Assembly (NCBI GenBank): GCA_964565565.1 | Contig: CAZMFM010000011.1 | Coordinates: 1,152 to 65,151, forward strand | Length of the DNA: 64,000 bases | Origin: an uncultured Spirochaetaceae bacterium | GTDB lineage: Bacteria > Myxococcota_A > UBA9160 > UBA4427 | Direction of reading: 5' to 3' | Shown here: positions 36,958-45,629 of the stretch, in pieces | How the letters are laid out: each line of letters starts with the position of its first letter | Numbering within the stretch: the stretch's first letter is position 1 | Made by a program: the position numbers and the translations under genes | The notes under the pieces: generated by a model | Database searches by the model: none | What the model was told of the DNA's origin: nothing | What the model saw: only the letters and a program-made list of their open reading frames with translations

Positions 36958-38646
36958 CTAGAGCGCGCTGGTCGCCGTCGTCCCGTCCCGCAACCGGCCC
37001 TCGACCCGGTACGGCTGCACGGTCTTCTGTCGACCCTTTAGCCGGACTTCTTCGAGCGCCTCGCAGTGGAAGGCATTCTTGGCCTGAAGCCAGGTGGCTT
37101 CGCCGATCACGACCTCGCCCGGTTTGGCGACCGAGGACTCGAGGCGGCTGGCGATGTTGACGACGTCGCCGATCACCGTGTAGTCCTTGCGCTGGGGGGA
37201 GCCGATGTCGCCGACGACGACGCTGCCCGAGTTTACGCCGATGCGCATGTGGATGGCGCGGAAGCCTTCGCGGGCGGCATTGAGTGCGGTCAGGGCTTCT
37301 TGCATGCGCAAGGCCGCTTCGACGGCGCGCTCTGCGTGATCGGGCATGGGAAGTGGCGCACCGAAGAACGCCATCATTCCGTCTCCCCTGAATTTGTCGA
37401 GGGTTCCCTCCATCTCGAAAACGGCCCCCGTTAGGCGCTCGAAGATCTGGTTCAAGATCAAGATGACTTCGCCCGCTGGCAGCCGTTCGGCCATGGTCGT
37501 AAAGCCGGTGAGATCCGCAAAGAGGATCGAGACTTCACTTTCGTCGGCCACCATCGCGCCCATTCCAGCGCCGGGTGCCTCGAGAATCTTTTCGACGACG
37601 GCCGGCGAGCTATAACGGGAAAGGCGCACGCGTCGTTCTTGCTCACGTCGGATGTCTTCACGCAGCGCAGCTTGTTCGACGGCGATGGCGGCGAGCAGGG
37701 CGAGAATCGACAAAGCCTGAAGCTGTGACAGCTCGAAGGGATGGGTCGCCGATTGGCGATCGACGTAGATGTAGCCGCTGACGTTTCCGTCCCGCAAAAG
37801 GGGTGCGCACATGGCGGAGTGGATATTCATCATGATTACGCTCTCTGCTCCGCCGAGGCGGCCGTCGAGTGCGGTGTCCTTGACTAACACAGCCTTTTTC
37901 TCGTCGATGGCGAGGCCAGCGATTTTCGAGCTGATCGTGATCGGTGCGTCGGGCACGCCTTCTCTATTGCGCATGGCCATCGGTTCGATCGAGTCCGACG
38001 AGGCGTCGTAGAGGCAGATCACACCGCGTTCGACCGGGAGGTTTGCGAAGACGAGCGAGAGGATGCGGTCGAGAGTTTCGGCAAGCGTTGTGGAGGAGAG
38101 GAGGCTTTCGGCAGATTCGCTGACGAGGCGCAGCAGTTCGCCTGTGCCCTCCAGGCGGACCGGTTGTTCGGCGCCCAGGCTCGCCAGCACGCCTTCTTCC
38201 GACAGGTCGACCGCCTTGCTGCGGAGATCGCCGGCCGCCTGCAATAGATCGTCGAGGCCCTGCAGTTCGAGGACTTCGGTATGTCCGTTAGGCGCCGGTT
38301 TCTCATCGAAGACCACCCGCGCCCGAGAGGCCTTGGACTCGGGTCCGATCTCGACGTAGATGCGAATCGTGCCGAGGTCGATTCGGTCGCCGTGGCGAAG
38401 GACCTGGTCGGTGACGTGAAAAGTGTTGACCCTCGATCCATTCTTGCTGCCGAGGTCGCGCAGCACCCAGCCCTCATCGTCGTGGGCGATGCGGGCATGC
38501 TGGCGCGAAATGCTCTCGTGTTGCAACAAGAGGTCGCAGTCGGGGGCGCGGCCGATGACGACCGGACGGAGGCCGATCGTGAAGACGCGATCGCGTCCTT
38601 CGTGATGAAAGCGAAGGCGGCAGGTGATGCGATCTTCGTCCTTCAA
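36958..38646 (-). CDS. FHA - GAF - class III adenylate/guanylate cyclase
   Basis: FHA (VVIGRAPDCDLLLQHESISRQHARI...DLGSKNGSRVN), a central GAF-like segment, and a cyclase domain (VSILFADLTGFTTMAERL...FRGDGMMAFFGAP...VNIASRLE). Confidence 0.85.
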   Translation of the reverse strand: MKDEDRITCRLRFHHEGRDRVFTIGLRPVVIGRAPDCDLLLQHESISRQHARIAHDDEGWVLRDLGSKNGSRVNTFHVTDQVLRHGDRIDLGTIRIYVEIGPESKASRARVVFDEKPAPNGHTEVLELQGLDDLLQAAGDLRSKAVDLSEEGVLASLGAEQPVRLEGTGELLRLVSESAESLLSSTTLAETLDRILSLVFANLPVERGVICLYDASSDSIEPMAMRNREGVPDAPITISSKIAGLAIDEKKAVLVKDTALDGRLGGAESVIMMNIHSAMCAPLLRDGNVSGYIYVDRQSATHPFELSQLQALSILALLAAIAVEQAALREDIRREQERRVRLSRYSSPAVVEKILEAPGAGMGAMVADESEVSILFADLTGFTTMAERLPAGEVILILNQIFERLTGAVFEMEGTLDKFRGDGMMAFFGAPLPMPDHAERAVEAALRMQEALTALNAAREGFRAIHMRIGVNSGSVVVGDIGSPQRKDYTVIGDVVNIASRLESSVAKPGEVVIGEATWLQAKNAFHCEALEEVRLKGRQKTVQPYRVEGRLRDGTTATSAL

Positions 38647-38849
38647 TCGTCTCTCTCCTGATTTCCGTGGTCGGGGTTCGCGTCGGCTGCGTCGTTTCCC
38701 GGAAACAATCGCCGAGCAACTCCTGTTGTATCGGCGTAATGCTTCGATCCCTCAAGGCTGGCCGGGGTGGGAATTCCCAGGCCGACTTTTTTCGATCGGG
38801 CCCGGCCCGAGACGCGTAGCGGGATCGATCCCGGTAGTATGCGCGGTCG

Positions 38850-39491
38850 ATGATAGACGAATTGGTCGAAGACCCCGATCGGGGAGCGCGTCGCGCCTTG
38901 CTCGACGTGTTGTCCCTGGCCTTTCGGGACAATCCCATGAATATGGCGATCCACGGACCGCGCCCCAGGCGACGGGTTCGCGCCAACCGGGCCGGTCTGC
39001 GGGCGCTGGTGCTCGATACCGCCGGGCAGACGGCGACGCGTGTGATCCGTGACCAGGGAAGGGTCGTCGGTGGCTTTGTGGCCGCACCACCGGGCCTTTT
39101 TCCCGTCGTTGTCCCCAAGCTGTATCGACAGATCGCCTGCTACCTCGAACAGGGCGGGCGTGCGATGGATCGCTGGAGCGATGTGTCTTCTCTTTTGGGT
39201 GAATATCGCCCCATTCAAGAGCATTGGTACCTCGCGGTCCTTGGGGTGATTCCCGAGTTTCAGGGCCGCGGATTCGGAGGTCGACTGATCGACGAATTGA
39301 TTCGCCTGGTCGACGGCGACCCCTATCCCCTCTATCTGGAATCCGATAGCGAGGCGAGCGTTCGCTTCTATCTCAGCCGGGGCTTCACTGTTCGCGCGGA
39401 GCAGACCCTCGACGGCATTCATTGTTGGTGTCTGGGCCGAGGATTCTCTGGCATAAACGAGGATCTATGCGATTCTGTTCGCGAATTGTGA
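38850..39491 (+). CDS. GNAT family N-acetyltransferase
   Basis: Acetyl-CoA binding motif VIPEFQGRGFGGRLI, followed by ...YLESDSEASVRFYLSRGF. Confidence 0.75.
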   Translation: MIDELVEDPDRGARRALLDVLSLAFRDNPMNMAIHGPRPRRRVRANRAGLRALVLDTAGQTATRVIRDQGRVVGGFVAAPPGLFPVVVPKLYRQIACYLEQGGRAMDRWSDVSSLLGEYRPIQEHWYLAVLGVIPEFQGRGFGGRLIDELIRLVDGDPYPLYLESDSEASVRFYLSRGFTVRAEQTLDGIHCWCLGRGFSGINEDLCDSVREL

Positions 39492-39566
39492 GTCGTCGCA
39501 CCGCGTCCACCACGTCACCCCCCACTACAGATTGAGCCGATCGGCTCAACCGAGCAGGGTCTCATC

Positions 39567-40355
39567 ATGAGCACACCGCCGTCTTCGGGGTTCTCCACGT
39601 CGTCGTCCGCATCCTCCACTTTGTCGTCGTCGTCATCATCATCGTCGTCCCACGCTGCAGACGAAGCGCCAGGCGCTTCGCTCGTAGGCGGCGGATTGGC
39701 TCGACCACCGCGCGCGCCCTTACGGGCCGACGATGGTCGTCTCGCGCGGGGGCGTCGGAGTCGCGCACGCATTCGCGAAGCCGCCAACACGCTCTTTCGC
39801 GAACGGGGCTTCGACGGCGCGACGCTTCGGGCGATTGCGGAGCGCGCGGGAATGGGCGCTAGTTCGATCTATCGACACGTCCAGAGCAAGGAAGAGTTGT
39901 TGATCGAGGAGCTCTCGGACATGCAGGAAGAGGCCTGGACGCGATTTCGCGCGGTCGACGATCGCAATCGCCCAACCGCCGATCGGCTGCGAGACTTTTT
40001 CGACGTGCAACATGAGCTGCTCGTGAGGGATCGAGATCTGACGACGATCGCCGTTCGTGCGACAACGAAAACCGAAGCCCGAGTCGCCAAGCGAGTCCTC
40101 AAACTCTATGACCGGACGATCGGTCTCTTGATGGAGATCCTGCAGCGAGGTCGCATGAAGAAGGACCTCGCCAAGGATGTCGATGTCCTCGAGGCGGCCC
40201 GCCTGCTCTTTCACCTTACGAATGGCGCGCGCATACCCTGGGCTAATGGCATGGTCTCGGACGATGCCTGCCGAGACTCGATCCACCAGGGCGTCGATCT
40301 ACTCTTCCGTGGGATCCGGGCCGTGGACAGGGCGGGCGGAACCGACGGGGCGTAG
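39567..40355 (+). CDS. TetR/AcrR family regulator with a Ser-rich N-terminal extension
   Basis: HTH region IREAANTLFRERGFDGATLRAIAERAGMGASSIYRHVQSKEEL. The N-terminal approx 30 aa are poly-Ser. The true start could be an internal TTG near 39684. Confidence 0.75.
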   Translation: MSTPPSSGFSTSSSASSTLSSSSSSSSSHAADEAPGASLVGGGLARPPRAPLRADDGRLARGRRSRARIREAANTLFRERGFDGATLRAIAERAGMGASSIYRHVQSKEELLIEELSDMQEEAWTRFRAVDDRNRPTADRLRDFFDVQHELLVRDRDLTTIAVRATTKTEARVAKRVLKLYDRTIGLLMEILQRGRMKKDLAKDVDVLEAARLLFHLTNGARIPWANGMVSDDACRDSIHQGVDLLFRGIRAVDRAGGTDGA

Positions 40356-40925
40356 ACCAATCAGGTCGGCGTCCGTTTCGAGCTTTCGGTCGAGTTCTTC
40401 CAGCCAGCTTTCGTATTGTTCTCCGGTCCATGCGCGATGTCCACCGCGCTTATAGGCCTGTGCGTTCCAATGATAGATCCAGGCGTTCTTTCGATTGGCC
40501 CTCGCACAGTCGCGTTCACCGATTTGTTTTGCAGGGACGCCCGCGATGATGGCGCCCGGCGCAAAGACCGTGTCCTCTCGGATCATGGCTGCGCCGGCGA
40601 CGATCGATCCTCTTCCGATTTCGGCACCGTCCATCACGACCGCGTTGATCCCGATCAGACAATCGTCTTCGATCTTGCAGCCGTGAACGGTTGCGTGATG
40701 GGTGATCGAACAGAAGTCACCGATCTCCGTCGCGTTCGAATACCCGATATGGATCATGACGAAATCCTGGATATTCGTATAGCGGCCGATGCGGATATGA
40801 TGGCTCTCTGCGCGCATCACGACATTGGGCCAAATGGACGATTCGGACCCGATCTCGACGTTTCCAAAGATCTGGGCGCTTGCGGAGAGCAAGGCGCTGG
40901 GGTCGACCGCTGGCCTCTCCTTCAT
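40299..40925 (-). CDS. gamma-carbonic-anhydrase-like hexapeptide-repeat protein (YrdA/PaaY type) with a C-terminal extension
   Basis: Left-handed beta-helix repeats (IWPNVVMRAE...IRIGRYTNIQD...HGCKIEDDCLIG). Its 3-prime end overlaps the convergent TetR gene by 57 nt. Confidence 0.8.
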   Translation of the reverse strand: MKERPAVDPSALLSASAQIFGNVEIGSESSIWPNVVMRAESHHIRIGRYTNIQDFVMIHIGYSNATEIGDFCSITHHATVHGCKIEDDCLIGINAVVMDGAEIGRGSIVAGAAMIREDTVFAPGAIIAGVPAKQIGERDCARANRKNAWIYHWNAQAYKRGGHRAWTGEQYESWLEELDRKLETDADLIGLRPVGSARPVHGPDPTEE

Positions 40926-41992
40926 TGCGAACGGACTTCGATCTTCTTGCCGTGATCGATGGCCGAGACGCGATAGCCCGATTGGCGAAAGAGCTCGAGG
41001 AGTCCATCCTCGAGCACGAGGTGGAGAGCGCCGACACCCACGAAAGCGAATTCGCCCTTTCGCTCAGGGTCATCGAGCAGGGATCGCAGCTTCGGCATCC
41101 AGCGGCGATTCCGGTCGCCTAATATGATCTCGTAGAATCTGTCGAACTCCGGCATTTCGTCGACGCCCTCGCGAGCGAGTTTTTCGAAGTAGGCGACGTC
41201 TCCGCGATGCCAGGCGAGGGTGAGGTCGCGTGTGTCCGCGACGGCTTCGTCCAGCCGACTCAGCGTGTCCCGCAGCATCATGTCTTGCAAGGTCGGGTCG
41301 ATTCCGTTCAGCAGGGCGAGTTGTTCTTCGAAGGTTTCGAGTCCCAGGACCGGTTTTGATCCGATGGCCGCTTCAATGATGCTTTCGGCGGAGGCCTTCG
41401 TCGTCAGTCCCGCGCGTTGGGTCGTCGATTCGACCAGACCCATCGCGATGTACCACGGTTTGAGACGTTTTCGTGCGTTGGCGGGTAGGCCTAGCTCTGT
41501 CAGCAACGTGTCATTTTCAGCGATGACCTTGGCGGTTTCGGGGCTCACCAGATCGAGCAATGTCTTGGGTGATTCGATGACTACGAGTTCGGCCAGACGG
41601 CTTGCGACGGATTCTTCCCTGATCTTACGGAGATCGAGTTCGAGCACGAACGAGTCCGCGTGCTCGAGGCCGTCGCGCAGCGCTTCGGAAAAGACCCAGC
41701 CCTCTTCCGGGCCAAGGTGGACCGTGCCCAGGAGCAGGAGGGTGGCGCCGGGACCGCCGTCGATCCGGTAGAAGAGGGGGGTCGCCGGTGTTGAGACAAG
41801 GACCTGATCGCGAGCGACGTCCCAGGATTGGGCCTCGCTGGGGATCGGAGTCGAATCCCCCGCGCACCCGGCTAAACCGAGAATGCATAGCGCCACCGAA
41901 AGGCCAAGCAGGGCCCGTCGAAGCCTGCCGCGGCGACCGAGTGGGGATGGGACGACCGTGGGATTTCCCTCGTCTTCGTTGCGACTCAGCAT
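40922..41992 (-). CDS. TraB/GumN family lipoprotein
   Basis: Lipobox ILGLAGC and GumN motif LLLLGTVHLG. Start trimmed to MLSRNEDEG (41992). The rest of the 602-aa track ORF lies upstream of this start (partly antisense to qor) and is Arg-rich junk. Confidence 0.75.
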   Translation of the reverse strand: MLSRNEDEGNPTVVPSPLGRRGRLRRALLGLSVALCILGLAGCAGDSTPIPSEAQSWDVARDQVLVSTPATPLFYRIDGGPGATLLLLGTVHLGPEEGWVFSEALRDGLEHADSFVLELDLRKIREESVASRLAELVVIESPKTLLDLVSPETAKVIAENDTLLTELGLPANARKRLKPWYIAMGLVESTTQRAGLTTKASAESIIEAAIGSKPVLGLETFEEQLALLNGIDPTLQDMMLRDTLSRLDEAVADTRDLTLAWHRGDVAYFEKLAREGVDEMPEFDRFYEIILGDRNRRWMPKLRSLLDDPERKGEFAFVGVGALHLVLEDGLLELFRQSGYRVSAIDHGKKIEVRSQ

Positions 41993-42151
41993 TGGGATTG
42001 GTTTCCTCCTTCTGCTCAGTCTATCGAGAGCGAGACGAAGTTGGCTACCGGGTTTGCTACGGAATGTTGGCGTTTCGGTTTGGGGCGAGCCACAGAGTGT
42101 GCCCGCCGGCGCCCTCACACCCGGCAACCAAGCGCGTCGAGGGGAAATCGT

Positions 42152-43129
42152 ATGAGAGCGGTCGTGGTAGAAGAAATGATGGAGCCCAGTGGGCTTCGTG
42201 TCGCTGAACGAGATGTGCCCGAACTGTCGGACGATGGGATTCGCATCGCCATCCACGCCGCCGGTTGCAATTTTGCGGACATCTTGATGCTGAAGGGCGA
42301 GTACCAGGTCAAGCCGGCGCTTCCCTTCGTGCCGGGGAGCGAAGTGGCCGGAGTCGTAACCGAGTTGGGCGCCGCCGTTCGTGGGCCCCTCGCGGTCGGT
42401 GACCGCGTGCTGGCACGCTGCGGTGTCGGTGGGTACGCAGAGGAGGTCGTCGTCCCGGAATCCGCCGCGTATCGGCTTCCCGAGGCCTTCTCCTTCGAGG
42501 CGGGGGCCGCGCTGTCGACCGTCTACCCCACTTCTTATGCGGGGCTGGTCTGGCGCGCGCCGGTCGCTCGGGGGGAGACCCTGCTCGTTCATGCAGCGGC
42601 GGGGGGTGTTGGGCTGGCGGCAGTGCAGATCGGCAAGGCGCTCGGGGCTCGCGTGATCGCGACGGCGGGGGGTGAGCGCAAGCTCGAGGTCGCTCGGCGT
42701 GCAGGTGCGGACGTCTTGATCGACTACCAAAGCGAGGATTTCGTGCCGCGCGTGTTGGCCGAAACCGACGGTCGCGGCGCCGACGTGATCTACGACTCCG
42801 TCGGTGGAGACACTACCGACCGCTCACTCAAATGCATCGCCTGGAACGGCCGCCTCCTCGTGATTGGCTTCGCGAGCGGGGCGATCCCTGAAATCAAACT
42901 CAATCGTGTGCTGCTCAAGAATATTTCGCTCGTCGGTCTTCATTGGAGCGCCTACCCGGAGCGCGAGCCCGAGCGGATCGATGAATGTTTCGAGGGACTC
43001 TTCTCGATGGCCAGCGCGGGGGGCATCGAGCCCCTGGTGTCGGCTCGCTATCCGCTCGAGGAGGCTGGGGCGGCGCTCGAGGCCTTGTCGGCGCGTGAGA
43101 CGGTTGGAAAGATCGTGCTCATCCCCTGA
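42152..43129 (+). CDS. NADPH:quinone oxidoreductase (MDR/zinc-ADH superfamily)
   Basis: MRAVVV..., GCNFADILMLKGEYQ, PFVPGSEVAGVV and AAGGVGLAAVQIGKALGA. Start at ATG 42152 with a GAGGGGA RBS. Confidence 0.85.
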   Translation: MRAVVVEEMMEPSGLRVAERDVPELSDDGIRIAIHAAGCNFADILMLKGEYQVKPALPFVPGSEVAGVVTELGAAVRGPLAVGDRVLARCGVGGYAEEVVVPESAAYRLPEAFSFEAGAALSTVYPTSYAGLVWRAPVARGETLLVHAAAGGVGLAAVQIGKALGARVIATAGGERKLEVARRAGADVLIDYQSEDFVPRVLAETDGRGADVIYDSVGGDTTDRSLKCIAWNGRLLVIGFASGAIPEIKLNRVLLKNISLVGLHWSAYPEREPERIDECFEGLFSMASAGGIEPLVSARYPLEEAGAALEALSARETVGKIVLIP

Positions 43130-43250
43130 TTTTTTGCGACGGGGTTGGTTGCGGTCGACCTTTGCGGTCCTTGTCCGACCTCCGACCTGGTTCGTCAACA
43201 ACCGTCAAACACCGTGAATGTCCTTCGTCGATCGTCTCGCAGAGGGTGGG

Positions 43251-43290
43251 AAAAGGTGAAGGCCGGTGTCCTTTCGGAACACCGGCCTTC
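43251..43290 (-). terminator. probable terminator after glnK (shared with convergent qor)
   Basis: 12-bp stem gaaggccggtgt / acaccggccttc. On the minus strand it is followed by ACCTTTTCCC. Confidence 0.5.
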
Positions 43291-43342
43291 TGTCGAACCG
43301 CCGCATCGGTCGACCAACGCCTCTCACGACACGGCGAGGTTG

Positions 43343-43765
<423 letters not shown>

Positions 43766-45253
43766 TCAGCTTTCGGTTCTGGCCAGCCGCGCTTCGGAGA
43801 GGCCGGCCTCGGCGAATGCGCCGCCTCCCGAATCCTCCATGAAGCCCGGTGAACCCGAGAGGTCGTAGGCGTGCATGCCGTGCTCTCCAAGGTCCAGTCC
43901 TTCGAGTTCTTCTTCCGGCGAGACGCGCAATCCGATTGTCGCCTTGAGCGTCAAGAAGATCGCGGCGGCGCAGGCTACCGTGAACACGCCGTAGCAAAGG
44001 ACTCCGTAGGCCTGGATGAGGAGCGTGTGCTCGGGGTTGGTCGAGAAGATGCCGACCGCCAAGGTGCCCCAGATACCGCAGGTGAGGTGGACCGAGATCG
44101 CGCCGACCGGATCGTCGACGCGAATCTTGTCGAAGAAGATCACCGAACCGACGACCAGGAAGCCGGCGATCAAGCCGACCGCGATTGCGCTCGACGGGTT
44201 GATGACGTCCGCGCCTGCCGTGATCCCGACGAGTCCGGCGAGAATGCCGTTCAAGGCCATCGAGAGGTCGGGCTTCGAGCTGATGAAGGTATAAGCGATC
44301 ATCGCGCCAATGCCGCCGGCCGCCGCGGCCAGACAGGTGGTGACCAGGACGAAGGACGTTGCCGCCGGGTCGGCCGAGAGGACCGAGCCGCCGTTGAATC
44401 CGAACCAGCCGAGCCATAGGAGGAAAACGCCAATGGTCGTCAATGGCATCGAGCTACCGGGAATCGGGTGGACTGAACCGTCCTTGCCATATTTCCCGAG
44501 GCGGGCACCGAGGACCAGTGTTCCGATCAGCGCTCCCCAACCACCGACGGAATGGACCAGCGTCGAACCAGCGAAATCATAGAACCCGGCGCTATCCAGG
44601 AAGCCAGCGCCCCATTTCCATGAACCCGCAATGGGGTAGACGAAGGCGACGAAGAGCGCCGAGAAGATCATGAAGGACTTGAGCTTGATCCGCTCTGCGA
44701 CTGCGCCGGACACGATCGTTGCCGCGGTCGCAGCAAACATGGCTTGAAAGAGAAAGTCGGTCCAGTAGGTGTAACCGCCGTCGGCATAACCCGCGGTGTT
44801 TGCGCCTTCAGCGAACCCTGCACTCAATCCGACACCAGCAAAGCCCAGTACGCCGGACGTGATGAGATTGAACTCGCCCGGGTACATGAGATTGAAGCCC
44901 ACCAGGAAGTACGTGAGGATGCCGCAACAAATGATGAAGGTGTTCTTGAACAGGATGTTAGTCGTGTTCTTGGCCCGTGTGAGTCCCGATTCGACCATGG
45001 CGAAACCGAGATGCATCACGAAGACGAGTGCTGCCGAGAGCATCATCCAGACATTGTTGGCGGTGAAGAGGGCCAGTGAGGCGTCATCGGCCATCGCGGT
45101 GGTCGGTGCGAGGACGGCGGCGAGCAATACGGCGCCGACACCTGCGCGGCCGGCTATCGGTCCCACGGAGGTCCGCGTAGATCGATCGGGCGCGACGTAG
45201 CCCGGCGATGAGCCCGGCAATGAGAGGGAACTGCGAAGCATGTTGGTCTCCAT
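43766..45253 (-). CDS. amt: ammonium transporter
   Basis: Amt/MEP signatures (AGFAMVESG-like LGFAMVESGLTR, DFAGSTLVHSVGG, FGFNGGS). Start set to METNM (45253) or MLRSS (45241), because the longer track ORF would run through the sigma54 promoter. Confidence 0.9.
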   Translation of the reverse strand: METNMLRSSLSLPGSSPGYVAPDRSTRTSVGPIAGRAGVGAVLLAAVLAPTTAMADDASLALFTANNVWMMLSAALVFVMHLGFAMVESGLTRAKNTTNILFKNTFIICCGILTYFLVGFNLMYPGEFNLITSGVLGFAGVGLSAGFAEGANTAGYADGGYTYWTDFLFQAMFAATAATIVSGAVAERIKLKSFMIFSALFVAFVYPIAGSWKWGAGFLDSAGFYDFAGSTLVHSVGGWGALIGTLVLGARLGKYGKDGSVHPIPGSSMPLTTIGVFLLWLGWFGFNGGSVLSADPAATSFVLVTTCLAAAAGGIGAMIAYTFISSKPDLSMALNGILAGLVGITAGADVINPSSAIAVGLIAGFLVVGSVIFFDKIRVDDPVGAISVHLTCGIWGTLAVGIFSTNPEHTLLIQAYGVLCYGVFTVACAAAIFLTLKATIGLRVSPEEELEGLDLGEHGMHAYDLSGSPGFMEDSGGGAFAEAGLSEARLARTES

Positions 45254-45353
45254 TTGGCGAAGGAAAAAGCGAGGGGAGAGCTTTCTTGAATGACCGGCTT
45301 GCATGATCTCTCCGCAGTCGTGCGGCCGGTTGAGTCTTCTGGCAACGGATAAA

Positions 45354-45369
45354 TGCAATGGTCGTGCCA
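45354..45369 (-). promoter_or_regulatory. sigma54 -24/-12 promoter of amt-glnK
   Basis: Minus strand reads C-TGGCACG-ACCA-TTGCA, a perfect match to TGGCACG-N4-TTGCA. It lies about 100 nt upstream of the amt start. Confidence 0.75.
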
Positions 45370-45375
45370 GATCCG

Positions 45376-45396
45376 GAATGGATGGAGTATCCATTC
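45376..45396. promoter_or_regulatory. perfect 8-5-8 palindrome GAATGGAT-N5-ATCCATTC next to the amt promoter
   Basis: Read directly. Lies just upstream (relative to amt) of the -24 element. Confidence 0.35.
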
Positions 45397-45629
45397 AATT
45401 GCAGATACTTAGGCCGAAAAAGATGGCTCGCCGACAGTCGATCTGATCGGTTGGCGGTTGGATCTGCTCGGACTGGCGCCAGCATTTGCACAGTGCTTGG
45501 GCAGTGAGCACCGCCTGGATCCGCTCGTGTGGGCAGCCCCTGCGCAGTCCTTGCGCAGGGCGCCAAGGCTTCGTCAAGCGCCTCCCTTACCTGGACGAAG
45601 AGAAGGCCGGAGTTGCACTCCGAGGACTC

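Noticed and set aside
39515-39790. 91-aa minus-strand ORF with a poly-Asp run
   Set aside because: It is the reverse complement of the Ser-rich 5-prime part of the TetR gene and starts inside the TetR HTH coding region. It has no independent support.
41993-42730. N-terminal 245 aa of the 602-aa ORF 40922..42730
   Set aside because: It lies upstream of the MLSRNEDEG start and is partly antisense to the quinone oxidoreductase gene. The real TraB/GumN gene starts at MLSRNEDEG, which carries a lipoprotein signal.
45254-45394. N-terminal 47-51 residues of the 542-aa Amt ORF
   Set aside because: This extension would be translated across the perfect sigma54 promoter at 45354-45369. The conserved Amt sequence and the signal-like segment begin after MLRSS.
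45474-45490. sigma54-like TGGCGC-N..-TTGCA upstream of kinase paralog 1
   Set aside because: The GG-to-GC spacing is one nucleotide too long and the -24 has an A-to-G mismatch. Sigma54 spacing is strict.
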